Virus record (IMG/VR): IMGVR_UViG_3300046314_000558
Coordinates: 35,860-99,859 of that record
Reading direction: 5' to 3' (one strand)
Source of the DNA: a virus
DNA: 64,000 nt
Shown here: piece by piece, positions 9,787 to 18,997 of the stretch
Position numbering within the stretch: position 1 is the stretch's first letter
Layout: each line of letters starts with the position of its first letter
Translations under genes and position numbers: made by a program
Notes under the pieces: generated by a model
Seen by the model: the letters and a program-made list of their open reading frames with translations, nothing else
What the model was told of the DNA's origin: nothing
Databases searched by the model: none

Positions 9787-11593
9787 TGCTTTTAGTTACG
9801 GATTAGATAATAAAATTGATTTTGTGGCCGCCCCACTCACACAGCTTGTGGGTAAGAACGGTCACGGCAAGAGTTCTATTGCACTAGTACTTGAAGAAGT
9901 GCTGTTCAATAAGAACTCAAAAGGCATTAAAAAAGCAGATATTCTTAATCGTTATGTAAAAGACAAACACTATGCAATCGAACTAGTATTTGATCGTGAT
10001 GGTACCGAGTACAAGATTGAAACTCGTCGTGGTACGTCACAAACAGTTAAGCTATACAAAGACGGTGTTGATATTAGTGCACACACAGCTACTGCTACTT
10101 ATAAGATTGTAGAAGAAGTAATTGGCATTGACCATAAAACTTTTAGTCAAATTGTTTATCAGTCAAATGCATCTAGCTTGGAGTTTTTAACTGCTGCAGA
10201 TACTGCACGTAAAAAGTTCTTAATTGAAATCCTAAACTTGGGCAAGTATACTCAGGCACAGGATGTTTTCAAAGAAGTAGCTCAAGACTTAAGCAAAGAT
10301 ATTGCTGCAACTCAGTCACAAGTTAACACAGTCGTTGCTTGGCTAGACAAATACTCAAAAACGGATTTGAGTCCCAAGCAAGCTGTGGTTGTTCCAGAGC
10401 TTGACTCAGAAGTATTACAAGAAGCGGCTAAACTAGAGTTGTCTATTCAAAGTGTGGAGTCCACCAACCGTAAGATTTCGCAGAATAACACTTACAAGCA
10501 GCTACAGACAAAAATCAGTCTTGTGCCACTACCGCCTAAACCTGATGATGACGTTAGTCAAGCTCAGCTAGAAGCAAAGAAATTGAACACAGAGACTATT
10601 GAGCTACAAAAAACGGTAAAAGACTCTGAGGCATTTGTTCAAAAGATGAATAAATTGCATGGTAACTGCCCAACGTGCTTACAGGCTATTGACACAGATA
10701 AAATATCTGAGCTTGTTAAAGAGCAGGTAGATATCCAGCTAAATGCTGAAAGTAAAAGCACACAGCTACGTTCACGCCTTGAGCAAATAAACGCAGACTA
10801 TCGAGCATACACAGCTAAAAAGCTGGCCTGGGAAGCTGCACAGAAGTCTCAAGAAGAATGGGAAAAGTATCATCAGCTTATTGATACTGAACTACCTGAT
10901 ACAATGCTAGATAAAGCGGCGCTGCAAAATAGCTTGGCCGATCTTGAAACCAGTATCAAAGCTACGCGTGATAAGATTGCAGCAGCTGAAAAAACCAATC
11001 AAACTGTTAGTGCACATAATTCCAAAGTAGAAACAATCAGTAAGCAGTTAGCTGAAATGAGTGAAGAACTGGAAGTGTACAGTGAAAAACTTCATGAGCT
11101 ATCGGAGCGCATGAGTATTGTAAATGTCTTAACTAAAACTTTCTCTACAACTGGCCTAGTTGCCTACAAGATTGAGTGCTTGGTAAAAGACCTAGAAGAA
11201 ATTACGAACAATTACTTGGTTGACCTAAGTGATGGTAGATTTCAAATTAGTTTCAAAATTTCTGCTAGTGATAAACTAAATGTTGTTATCACTGATAACG
11301 GCAGAGACATTGAAATGTTGGCATTGAGTGGCGGTGAGCGTGCGCGAGTAAATGTAGCAACGCTATTAGCTATTCGCAAACTAATGCAGACCCTAAGTTC
11401 GAGCAGAATTAACTTGCTGATCTTAGATGAAACCGTTGAAGCACTCGACGTAGACGGTAAAGAAAAACTGGTAGAAGTCTTGTTAAAAGAAGAACACCTA
11501 AACACCTTTTTAGTATCGCACGGATTCTCACATCCACTACTAGAAAAAGTCAACGTTGTTAAACGCAACAACATATCTCATATAGAGGCATAA
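9755..11593 (+). CDS. D13: SbcC/Rad50-like ATPase, D13
   Basis: GKNGHGKSS, coiled coil with CPTC zinc hook, LSGGE signature, LILDE. Confidence 0.92.
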   Translation: MITIKTLAWSNAFSYGLDNKIDFVAAPLTQLVGKNGHGKSSIALVLEEVLFNKNSKGIKKADILNRYVKDKHYAIELVFDRDGTEYKIETRRGTSQTVKLYKDGVDISAHTATATYKIVEEVIGIDHKTFSQIVYQSNASSLEFLTAADTARKKFLIEILNLGKYTQAQDVFKEVAQDLSKDIAATQSQVNTVVAWLDKYSKTDLSPKQAVVVPELDSEVLQEAAKLELSIQSVESTNRKISQNNTYKQLQTKISLVPLPPKPDDDVSQAQLEAKKLNTETIELQKTVKDSEAFVQKMNKLHGNCPTCLQAIDTDKISELVKEQVDIQLNAESKSTQLRSRLEQINADYRAYTAKKLAWEAAQKSQEEWEKYHQLIDTELPDTMLDKAALQNSLADLETSIKATRDKIAAAEKTNQTVSAHNSKVETISKQLAEMSEELEVYSEKLHELSERMSIVNVLTKTFSTTGLVAYKIECLVKDLEEITNNYLVDLSDGRFQISFKISASDKLNVVITDNGRDIEMLALSGGERARVNVATLLAIRKLMQTLSSSRINLLILDETVEALDVDGKEKLVEVLLKEEHLNTFLVSHGFSHPLLEKVNVVKRNNISHIEA

Positions 11594-11594
11594 A

Positions 11595-11894
11595 ATGATT
11601 AAAATTGAACGAATTACGGCTACCCAACCAACCCTTCTACGCAATGGAGTACGTCAACCTGTTACACAAAACATGACAGTAACTGCCCAAGAGCTGGAAA
11701 CGATTGAAGCAGCTGACGGTACTATCCTCTACTCCGTGGACGAAATGGAAGTAAAAACTATCACATTTCAGGCAAAACCAGTTGCCCCAGCACCAGCAGC
11801 TAAGCCAGTTGCAAAACCAGTTATCAAGCAACCACAACCCAAGGTTGCCGAGCCTGTCGTGGAACCTACAAGTGAAGAAAACGCGCCTGAGTAA
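11595..11894 (+). CDS. hypothetical protein with Pro/Ala/Lys-rich tail
   Basis: 99 aa ORF with GAGG RBS; stop overlaps the next start. Confidence 0.65.
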   Translation: MIKIERITATQPTLLRNGVRQPVTQNMTVTAQELETIEAADGTILYSVDEMEVKTITFQAKPVAPAPAAKPVAKPVIKQPQPKVAEPVVEPTSEENAPE

Positions 11895-12352
11895 TGGTCG
11901 TAGACGCTAGAGCCAAGGGAGCACGTACTGAAACCACAGTACGTGATCTCTTGCGTAAACATACCGGTTTAGGGTGGGAACGTATTCCTGGTAGCGGAGC
12001 CCTTGACCCTAAACACCTGCTAAAAGGTGATTTGTATGTGCCTGGGCGAACTAACCTTTGGTGTGTAGAAGTAAAAGGCTACGCAGAAGATCATGTTACA
12101 TCACACTTGCTGACTTCAAAATCACCACAACTTGTGGAATTTTGGGAACAAACAATTCGTCAAGGCAAGCAGGTTGAAAAGAAACCGCTGCTAATCTTTA
12201 AGTTTGACCGAAGCAAGGTATTTGTGGCTTTTGATGAAATGCCTAACTCGCAAAATTATCGGTGCATCTACTACAATCACGAAACCCACGAATTTTATGT
12301 TGCCTTACTAGAAGATTGGTTGAAGTATGAGCAACCACAATTTGTGACTTGA
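11894..12352 (+). CDS. D14: D14-like PD-(D/E)XK nuclease / Holliday junction resolvase
   Basis: ARAKGARTE, PGSGA, KGDL, VEVK. Confidence 0.8.
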   Translation: MVVDARAKGARTETTVRDLLRKHTGLGWERIPGSGALDPKHLLKGDLYVPGRTNLWCVEVKGYAEDHVTSHLLTSKSPQLVEFWEQTIRQGKQVEKKPLLIFKFDRSKVFVAFDEMPNSQNYRCIYYNHETHEFYVALLEDWLKYEQPQFVT

Positions 12353-12377
12353 ACAAAAGTGGTTAATAGTGTATAAT
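12349..12377 (+). promoter_or_regulatory. sigma70-type promoter for D15-dut-nrdJ
   Basis: TTGAAC-17 bp-TATAAT. Confidence 0.8.
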
Positions 12378-12403
12378 ATACCCTTAACCACAAAGAATAC
12401 AAC

Positions 12404-13249
12404 ATGAGTATTACATTTAAAAAAGCCACAGAATCAAATAACACACTGTTGATTGTAGACGCACTAAACTTGGCATTTCGCTATAAACATAGCGGAGCCA
12501 CAGATTTTGCCACAGACTACATTCGCACAGTTGACAGCCTAAAGAAAAGTTATAAAGCGTCTCACGTTATCATTGCTTGTGACCAAGGCAGTTCTAGCTA
12601 TCGTAAAGCATTAAGCCCAGAATACAAACAAAATCGCAAAGACAAGCAAGAACAACAAACTGACGCAGAGCGTGCAGCTTTTGAATTGTTCTTTGAAGAC
12701 TTCCTGCAAACTATTGCCACTATTGAAACCACTACCAGCTACCCTGTGTTGCGTTTTCAAGGTGTAGAAGCCGATGATATTGCTGCATACATTGTATCAC
12801 AAAAGTCTAAACTGAGCACAGACGATATTTGGCTGATTTCTAGTGATCGTGACTGGGACTTGCTTGTACAGCCCGGCGTTAGTCGTTTCAGTTACGTTAC
12901 ACGCAAAGAAGTTACACTAGACAACTGGAACGACCATTATGATTTTAACCCTGAAGATTATATTAGCATTAAGTGCCTTACAGGTGATACTGGCGACAAT
13001 GTGGCTGGTGTCCCCGGCATTGGCCCTAAACGTGCTGTGGCTCTTGTTAACGAATGGGGCAGCACTTATGACATTATCGCTAGTATCCCTATTGCAGGCA
13101 AGTACAAATATATTCAAGAGCTCAACAAGTGCAAAGACACACTAATGCTCAACTATCAGCTAATGGACTTGGTAACACACTGTCAGGAAGCCATTGGTAG
13201 CGAGAACATTGCCACAATTGACGAAACCCTACAACTTTACTTAAAATGA
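12404..13249 (+). CDS. D15: 5'-3' exonuclease / flap endonuclease D15
   Basis: IVDALNLAFR, EYKQNR, GVEADD, SSDRDW, GDTGDNVAGVPGIGPKRA. Confidence 0.95.
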   Translation: MSITFKKATESNNTLLIVDALNLAFRYKHSGATDFATDYIRTVDSLKKSYKASHVIIACDQGSSSYRKALSPEYKQNRKDKQEQQTDAERAAFELFFEDFLQTIATIETTTSYPVLRFQGVEADDIAAYIVSQKSKLSTDDIWLISSDRDWDLLVQPGVSRFSYVTRKEVTLDNWNDHYDFNPEDYISIKCLTGDTGDNVAGVPGIGPKRAVALVNEWGSTYDIIASIPIAGKYKYIQELNKCKDTLMLNYQLMDLVTHCQEAIGSENIATIDETLQLYLK

Positions 13250-13722
13250 GCCATTTTTTAAATATTAACCGAGATTACGACCACAGTCGTGGTGTACCAA
13301 TCAAACAAGAGCTTGAGTGTCAAGTACAGCCTGGAGCACAGCTTCCAAAACGTGCACACCGCACAGATGCTGGAGCAGACTTGTTTAGCTATGAAGAACA
13401 CGAAATCTATCCCGGCGAACAAAAACTTGTTGATACGGGTACAGCGATAAAAATTCCAGAAGGCTATGGAGGCTTTATTTTCAATCGCAGCTCGCAAGGG
13501 AAAAAAGGCATTACAATCCCACATTCTGTTGGAGTCATTGATTCCGATTATCGTGGAAATTTAAAAGTTTTGCTAAAAAATATTTCAGAAGACCCTTATA
13601 AAATCGAGGTTGGCGACCGAATTGCTCAGCTGGTTATTATGCCAGTGCTGCTGCCGGAATTTAAAGATATTTGGAATGACACACAACGCGGTACTGGCGG
13701 CTTCGGCAGTACCGGACAATAA
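13246..13722 (+). CDS. dut: trimeric dUTPase
   Basis: AGADL, RSS, GVIDSDYRG, GDRIAQL, RGTGGFGSTG. Confidence 0.95.
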   Translation: MSHFLNINRDYDHSRGVPIKQELECQVQPGAQLPKRAHRTDAGADLFSYEEHEIYPGEQKLVDTGTAIKIPEGYGGFIFNRSSQGKKGITIPHSVGVIDSDYRGNLKVLLKNISEDPYKIEVGDRIAQLVIMPVLLPEFKDIWNDTQRGTGGFGSTGQ

Positions 13723-13736
13723 ATTAGAAAGAATAA

Positions 13737-15704
13737 ATGAACTTACCATCAACACGAGCACAGGTAATTACACGTCGTACCTATAATCGCCCTACTAGCG
13801 ACGACGGAAAAGAGTTTGAAACATGGCAAGAAACAGTTGCCAGAGTTATTGACCACCAAGAGTGGTTGTGGGCACGAGCAGTTGGTCGCGATTTAAATGA
13901 CCTGGAATACGCGGAGCTTTATGATCTTGAGCAACTGATGCTAGATCGCAAGGTGCTAATGAGTGGTCGTACACTTTGGTTGGGCGGCACTAACGTAGCT
14001 AAAACACGTGAAGCGTCTCAATTTAACTGTAGTTTCACACACGTTGAAACAATCTATGACGTTGTTGACGTCTTATGGTTACTGCTACAAGGTTGTGGCG
14101 TTGGATTTAAGCCAATTGTGGGTACGCTAAACGGCTTTTCAAAGCCAATTAAAAATATTCGAGTAGTACGTAGTACTCGTACTACCAAGGGTGGTAATGA
14201 GCACAATACAGAAACATTTGACGCAGAAACTAAAACTTGGACTATTCAGGTCGGAGACAGTGCAGAAGCTTGGGCAAAGTCTGTTGGTAAGCTGCTTGCG
14301 GGTAAGTACCCTGCTGATACTCTTGTACTTGATTTTAGTCAATTACGACCTGCTGGTGAAAGGTTAAAAGGTTATGGCTGGATTTCTTCAGGTGATGCTG
14401 CAATTAGTACTGCTTATACTGCTATCGCCAATATTCTTAATGGTCGTGCTGATAGTCTACTCACTCGGATGGATATTCTGGACATTGTTAACCATCTTGG
14501 TACTATTCTATCCAGTCGTCGCAGTGCTGAAATCGCACTTTTCGATTACGGTCAACCGGAGTGGGAAGAGTTTGCTGTAGCCAAGAAAGACTGGTGGTTG
14601 CATAACAATGCACACCGCACACAGTCAAACAACAGTTTAGTATTTAAAGAAAAACCGCTTAAGTCTGATCTAGAGAAAATCTTTGGCATGATGATTGAAG
14701 CTGGCGGTAGTGAACCAGGATTTATCAATGAAGTCGAAGCCCTCAGACGTGCTCCTTGGTTTAAGGGAGCCAATCCATGCGTTGAAATCTTACTCGGTAA
14801 TAAGGCTTTCTGTAACCTTACCGAAACTGACATTGCCAAGTTCAAAGGCGACACAGCTGGATTACACAACGCTATACGACTGGCAGCTCGTGCCAACTAC
14901 AGACAAACGTGTGTTAACCTTCAGGACGGCATACTTCAAGAGTCTTGGCACCTTAACAACTATTTCTTACGACTTTGCGGTGTAGGCCTAACCGGTATCG
15001 CAATGCGTCCAGATATGGGAAGCTATGACTACGAATACTTGAAGCGTACTGCTACTAGTGCTGCTGTTGGTATGAGTCAAGAACTTGGACTGCCTGCTCC
15101 TAAAAATGTAACTTGTATTAAGCCGTCAGGTACACTGAGCAAAATCATGGATACTACCGAAGGCGTACACAAACCACTAGGAAAGTATATTTTCAACAAT
15201 GTACAATTTAGCAAACATGACCCGGTGGTTGAGAAACTACGTGAAGCGAATTACCGTGTTATTAATCATCCTGTTGATGATTCTGGAGTGCTTGTTACGT
15301 TTCCGGTAATGTGGGACGGAGTTCCGTTTGATAAAGTTGATGGTAAAGAAGTTAACATTGAGTCAGCTATTATTCAACTAGAGCGTTACAAGTTGTTGCA
15401 GACTAGCTGGAATCAACAAAATACGTCGGTAACTATCAGTTACGATCCAACCGAAGTACCTGGAATCATTGATTGGTTGCTAGATAACTGGGATTGTTAT
15501 GTTGGCGTGAGTTTTATCTACCGCACAGATCCAACTAAAACTGCCAAAGACTTGGGTTATTTGTACCTTCCACAAGAAGTAACCACAGAGCATGACTACC
15601 ATGAGTATGTTAAAACCCTAAGCCCTGTTGATCTTAATAACACCAACAGTTTTGATGAAATCACCGATGCCGAATGTGCAACTGGTGCTTGCCCAATTAA
15701 ATAA
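13737..15704 (+). CDS. nrdJ: class II adenosylcobalamin-dependent ribonucleotide reductase (monomeric RTPR type)
   Basis: RRTYNR, GRTLWLGG, FNC, GANPCVEI, CNLTE, TCIKPSGTLS and C-terminal ECATGACPIK; no beta subunit gene. Confidence 0.9.
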   Translation: MNLPSTRAQVITRRTYNRPTSDDGKEFETWQETVARVIDHQEWLWARAVGRDLNDLEYAELYDLEQLMLDRKVLMSGRTLWLGGTNVAKTREASQFNCSFTHVETIYDVVDVLWLLLQGCGVGFKPIVGTLNGFSKPIKNIRVVRSTRTTKGGNEHNTETFDAETKTWTIQVGDSAEAWAKSVGKLLAGKYPADTLVLDFSQLRPAGERLKGYGWISSGDAAISTAYTAIANILNGRADSLLTRMDILDIVNHLGTILSSRRSAEIALFDYGQPEWEEFAVAKKDWWLHNNAHRTQSNNSLVFKEKPLKSDLEKIFGMMIEAGGSEPGFINEVEALRRAPWFKGANPCVEILLGNKAFCNLTETDIAKFKGDTAGLHNAIRLAARANYRQTCVNLQDGILQESWHLNNYFLRLCGVGLTGIAMRPDMGSYDYEYLKRTATSAAVGMSQELGLPAPKNVTCIKPSGTLSKIMDTTEGVHKPLGKYIFNNVQFSKHDPVVEKLREANYRVINHPVDDSGVLVTFPVMWDGVPFDKVDGKEVNIESAIIQLERYKLLQTSWNQQNTSVTISYDPTEVPGIIDWLLDNWDCYVGVSFIYRTDPTKTAKDLGYLYLPQEVTTEHDYHEYVKTLSPVDLNNTNSFDEITDAECATGACPIK

Positions 15705-15706
15705 TT

Positions 15707-15868
15707 ATGATCTCAAACAACACTGAACTAACCTTTAAAGTTAGTATTGAAGAAGCTAATCACATTTTAGCGGGCTTACAAGAGTTGCCTGCTAAAATCT
15801 GTAATCCGCTGTCGGTAAAACTACAAGCTCAAGCAAAAGAACAATTGCCTGAGCCAGCAGCAGAATAA
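15707..15868 (+). CDS. small hypothetical protein (53 aa, missing from ORF track)
   Basis: MISNNTELTFKVSIEEANHILAGLQELPAKICNPLSVKLQAQAKEQLPEPAAE*; fills the gap between nrdJ and the terminator. Confidence 0.7.
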   Translation: MISNNTELTFKVSIEEANHILAGLQELPAKICNPLSVKLQAQAKEQLPEPAAE

Positions 15869-15878
15869 TCAGCCAAAC

Positions 15879-15915
15879 AAAAAGCCCCCGCGTTGCAAAA
15901 CTCGGGGGCTTTTTT
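15879..15915 (+). terminator. terminator ending the replication block (bidirectional form)
   Basis: AAAAAGCCCCCG-loop-CGGGGGCTTTTTT. Confidence 0.88.
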
Positions 15916-16017
15916 GTCGTCAAAATTTCGTAGGGTGCGCCAATGCACTTGCCCAAAAATATCCTGCATAATTTCTTATTACCGTGCATTTTTGCTCCTG
16001 GAACCCTAAAAGTTGGG

Positions 16018-16046
16018 TTGCAGTACATACCATTTTGTTGTATAAT
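16018..16046 (+). promoter_or_regulatory. sigma70-type promoter of the 16-18 kb cassette
   Basis: TTGCAG-17 bp-TATAAT. Confidence 0.8.
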
Positions 16047-16124
16047 TATATCAGTTCTTAAATTTTTAGGAACTGCGCGGTGATACGCAGTATCAAATCT
16101 AACCACAAACGAAAGATATATTGT

Positions 16125-17045
16125 ATGGTTGATACAACGACTAGCGTACCAGTTTCTTCGGAAGCAACTGAAGAAGCAATGGATGCGCTTAAAAAACAAG
16201 CTAGTTTTGCTGAAGATTATTATAAGCAACTGGCATCTCAAGTTAAAGAAACCTTAAAGGAAAATAAAATGGCAGAAATTATGACACCAAGTATGATTAT
16301 GGGTGGCGGCGGAGACGGTGGTCTTGGCTTTGGTAGTGGCGGCGGCCTTATTGGCGGTCTTATCTTAGGTAGTTTACTACGTAATGGTAATGGCGGTTTA
16401 TTTGGCGGTGAAGGTAACGGTGCAGCTCTAGGCGCAACGCTACGTAACCCACCAGAACAAAATCAAGCTAACATGGACTTAATGGCAGCTATTGGTGCAG
16501 TTGATAAAGCAACAGCAGTAAGCACAGCAGCTATGGAAGCCTCACAAGCTACACAAACTCTAGGTATTACAACTCAACTAAACAACGTAGCCAGCTCTCT
16601 AGCTGCTCGTACAGACAACCTAAAAGATATTGTTAATACAAATGCAGTAGCTTTAATGCAAGGTCAAGCTGCTATTCAGCAAAACATCATGGAAAACCGT
16701 TATGAACTATCTAAAGATATTTCTAGCGACGGTGAAAAGACACGTGCACTAATTACACAACAGTACGAGCTAAATCTACAGCGTCAACTAGCTGATGCAA
16801 ACGCAGCAATTATCGAACTACGTAGTCGTGAATACAGTGGCGCAGCAGCTCGCGGTGTTGAAGTTACTACAACAAACAACATCAACCAGATGCAACAACA
16901 ACAGCAACAACAAGCTCAGTACGGTCAATTGGCCAATCTGATCTGGAGCTTAGGTCAAAGCATTCGCAGCGAAAACGCAGCAATCAACGTTGGTAGCGGT
17001 ACACAAACTGCTAACCCAAGCAACACAAATACTAACATTCGTTAA
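16125..17045 (+). CDS. Gly-rich hydrophobic / coiled-coil / QN-rich protein of unknown function (alternative in-frame start 16269)
   Basis: GGGLIGGLILGSLL segment, heptad region (DGEKTRALITQQYELNLQRQL), polyQ and N/T-rich C-terminus; ATG 16269 has an AAGGA RBS. Confidence 0.8.
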   Translation: MVDTTTSVPVSSEATEEAMDALKKQASFAEDYYKQLASQVKETLKENKMAEIMTPSMIMGGGGDGGLGFGSGGGLIGGLILGSLLRNGNGGLFGGEGNGAALGATLRNPPEQNQANMDLMAAIGAVDKATAVSTAAMEASQATQTLGITTQLNNVASSLAARTDNLKDIVNTNAVALMQGQAAIQQNIMENRYELSKDISSDGEKTRALITQQYELNLQRQLADANAAIIELRSREYSGAAARGVEVTTTNNINQMQQQQQQQAQYGQLANLIWSLGQSIRSENAAINVGSGTQTANPSNTNTNIR

Positions 17046-17058
17046 TATTTAGGTTACT

Positions 17059-17092
17059 AAGCCCCCAAGACCACAAGTCGTGGGGGCTTTTT
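17059..17092 (+). terminator. Rho-independent terminator inside the cassette
   Basis: AAGCCCCCA-loop-TGGGGGCTTTTT. Confidence 0.8.
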
Positions 17093-17106
17093 AATTGGAG
17101 AGTATA

Positions 17107-17694
17107 ATGCAACAACAATTTATGCCGTTTGGTTGGCCTATGCCAGCCTACTTACCACTACCACCTATAATAGAAGACAATGATTTATTTATAAACAGTG
17201 TAGTTAATGGTAGTTCAACACCAGGGCCTCAAGGCGAACCAGGGCCACAAGGCGAACCAGGGCCACAAGGCGAAGCTGGTGTTAGTGTAGTTAGTGCAGA
17301 AGTATCACCAAATCCCGGTGACCTAATGCTAACACTCAGCAACGGTGAAATAATAAATGCTGGCAGTGTAATAGGGCCTGAGGGACCACCTGGACCAAGT
17401 GAAAGTTGTGGTTGCAATACTACAACTATTACAGAAGACTACTACGCCACTGAAAAGGATTGCTATATTGGGGCGCAACTAAAAGATAAGGCAAGTGTTA
17501 TGCTACCTAGTAACGTAAAGCCTGGTACTAAATACTCTATAAAACTAGAATTTGGTGCCCCTGTAGGCAACAGGAAACTAACAATACAACCAGAATCGCC
17601 AGCGCTAATAAACGGAGTTACGGCAATTACGATGACTACTCCTTATGAGAGTATTAATGTAATTTTTAATAATGGCAATTGGTGGACTATATAA
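17107..17694 (+). CDS. collagen-repeat protein with C-terminal beta-rich domain
   Basis: GPQGEP repeats, GPEGPPGP, CGC and C-terminal FNNGNWWTI; GGAG RBS before ATG 17107. Confidence 0.75.
   Translation: MQQQFMPFGWPMPAYLPLPPIIEDNDLFINSVVNGSSTPGPQGEPGPQGEPGPQGEAGVSVVSAEVSPNPGDLMLTLSNGEIINAGSVIGPEGPPGPSESCGCNTTTITEDYYATEKDCYIGAQLKDKASVMLPSNVKPGTKYSIKLEFGAPVGNRKLTIQPESPALINGVTAITMTTPYESINVIFNNGNWWTI
17221..17274 (+). repeat. 3 x 18-bp tandem repeat encoding PGPQGE
   Basis: CCAGGGCC(T/A)CAAGGCGAA x3. Confidence 0.9.
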
Positions 17695-17702
17695 GGAATA
17701 AA

Positions 17703-18140
17703 ATGGAAGAACTAAAACTGGCGCTTAAACGCGCTTTTGCAACAACTTATGCGTTCTTGGTGAAATCAGAAAACTTTCACTGGAACGTAACAGGCCCAAA
17801 CTTTGTGCAACATCACGAACTGTTTGGTAAAATTTATGACGAGGTAGATGATGAGCTGGATGACTTTGCTGAGCGCGTGCGCGCTTTACGTTGCTTTGTG
17901 CCTGCTAGTTTCTCGCAACTTAGTGAAAATTCGCAAATTTTGGATACGCTGGAAATACTACCACCGACCGAAATGGTACGTACACTATACGTTGACAACG
18001 GCAAAGTACACACGGCGCTAATGGAAGCCTATGCACTTGCTGAAACTGAAGGTGAGCACGGACTAAGTGCGTTTTTAAGTGAACGCATTGACGCACACCG
18101 CAAACATGGTTGGATGTTGTATTCAACAATGCAACCATAA
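17703..18140 (+). CDS. dps: Dps / mini-ferritin
   Basis: FHWNVTGPNFVQHHELF...DDFAER ferroxidase signature and HRKHGWML; AAGGA RBS before ATG 17703. Confidence 0.92.
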   Translation: MEELKLALKRAFATTYAFLVKSENFHWNVTGPNFVQHHELFGKIYDEVDDELDDFAERVRALRCFVPASFSQLSENSQILDTLEILPPTEMVRTLYVDNGKVHTALMEAYALAETEGEHGLSAFLSERIDAHRKHGWMLYSTMQP

Positions 18141-18141
18141 C

Positions 18142-18180
18142 AAAAAGCCCCGCACTATTGCTAGTGCGGGGCTTTTCTTT
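18142..18180. terminator. bidirectional terminator where + and - transcription converge
   Basis: AAAAAGCCCCGCACTA-loop-TAGTGCGGGGCTTTTCTTT. Confidence 0.9.
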
Positions 18181-18560
18181 TAACCGTCAGATGAGGATAA
18201 GAACAGTGCTGCAAATTCCAGTGCTTTGGCGTCGTCACGTTCTCGCATGATTTGATCACGCTTTTCACGACTCCAACTGAATCCACCGTCACCGCCCCAC
18301 AAATCCCAAGCTACTCGGCCTTTGCTTGGAAAACCTTCTTCGCCGCTGTTGAATCCAGTAGCTTTTTTATCTACTTCGTGGCGACTGAAAAAGCTGTACA
18401 TGCGTAGTACGGTTGTGCCGGTTAGCGGGTCTCGATCCTTTAGCTGATTAGCACGTGCAAGTCCAACTAGTGTACCTCCTGGCTTACCTTCGTCTTTCCA
18501 TTTTAATGCACGTTTGGCAGCGCTTGCCATACCTTCTGTGGGTTTATATGTTTCTGCCAT
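18180..18560 (-). CDS. conserved phage hypothetical protein
   Basis: 126 aa with GGTLVGLARA, RMYSFFSRHE and AWDLWGGD motifs; GAGG RBS. Confidence 0.7.
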   Translation of the reverse strand: MAETYKPTEGMASAAKRALKWKDEGKPGGTLVGLARANQLKDRDPLTGTTVLRMYSFFSRHEVDKKATGFNSGEEGFPSKGRVAWDLWGGDGGFSWSREKRDQIMRERDDAKALEFAALFLSSSDG

Positions 18561-18995
18561 TTATTCCTCGTTTTCATCTGGGCTCACAAACAATACATTT
18601 GCATTGTCTGGATCGGTTGCTGGATCTTCCCAGTCATCACATGTACGTAACGCACTGCAAGTAATAGACCACAATGTACAAACTGCGCTAGGCATTCCGG
18701 CAATGTCGGCCCACTTTGGTGTAACTGGTAGTTCACTTGCTTTTAGCTGAGCACCTGGACTAGCAGGTAACGCAGCCATAATTTCTGGACTATTGTTGTA
18801 GTGAGCACAATTCATGCATAGTCGGGTACGGGCAACACCTTCTGGTACGCCCCATAATTCCATTTTATCGCCCCAGTATAAAACACTGGGTTGTCGCGGA
18901 TCTGCTGGACCTAACTTTGCACGCTCAATACAAACAAGGTGATTTGATAAGTTTAAATCTTTGTAGCGTAGTGCTACTGGTAATACTTCTGACAT
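18561..18995 (-). CDS. Cys-rich hypothetical protein (possible metal-binding)
   Basis: CMNCAHY ... CTLWSITCSALRTCDDW. Confidence 0.7.
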   Translation of the reverse strand: MSEVLPVALRYKDLNLSNHLVCIERAKLGPADPRQPSVLYWGDKMELWGVPEGVARTRLCMNCAHYNNSPEIMAALPASPGAQLKASELPVTPKWADIAGMPSAVCTLWSITCSALRTCDDWEDPATDPDNANVLFVSPDENEE

Positions 18996-18997
18996 AT

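Noticed and set aside
16075-16082. GCGCGGTG, which resembles the T5 single-strand nick sequence as I recall it
   Set aside because: A single 8-mer is expected by chance in 64 kb, and the nickase specificity here is unknown.
16080-16124. GTG start at 16080 from the ORF track
   Set aside because: It lies among the leader hairpins with no convincing SD; ATG 16125 or 16269 is more plausible.
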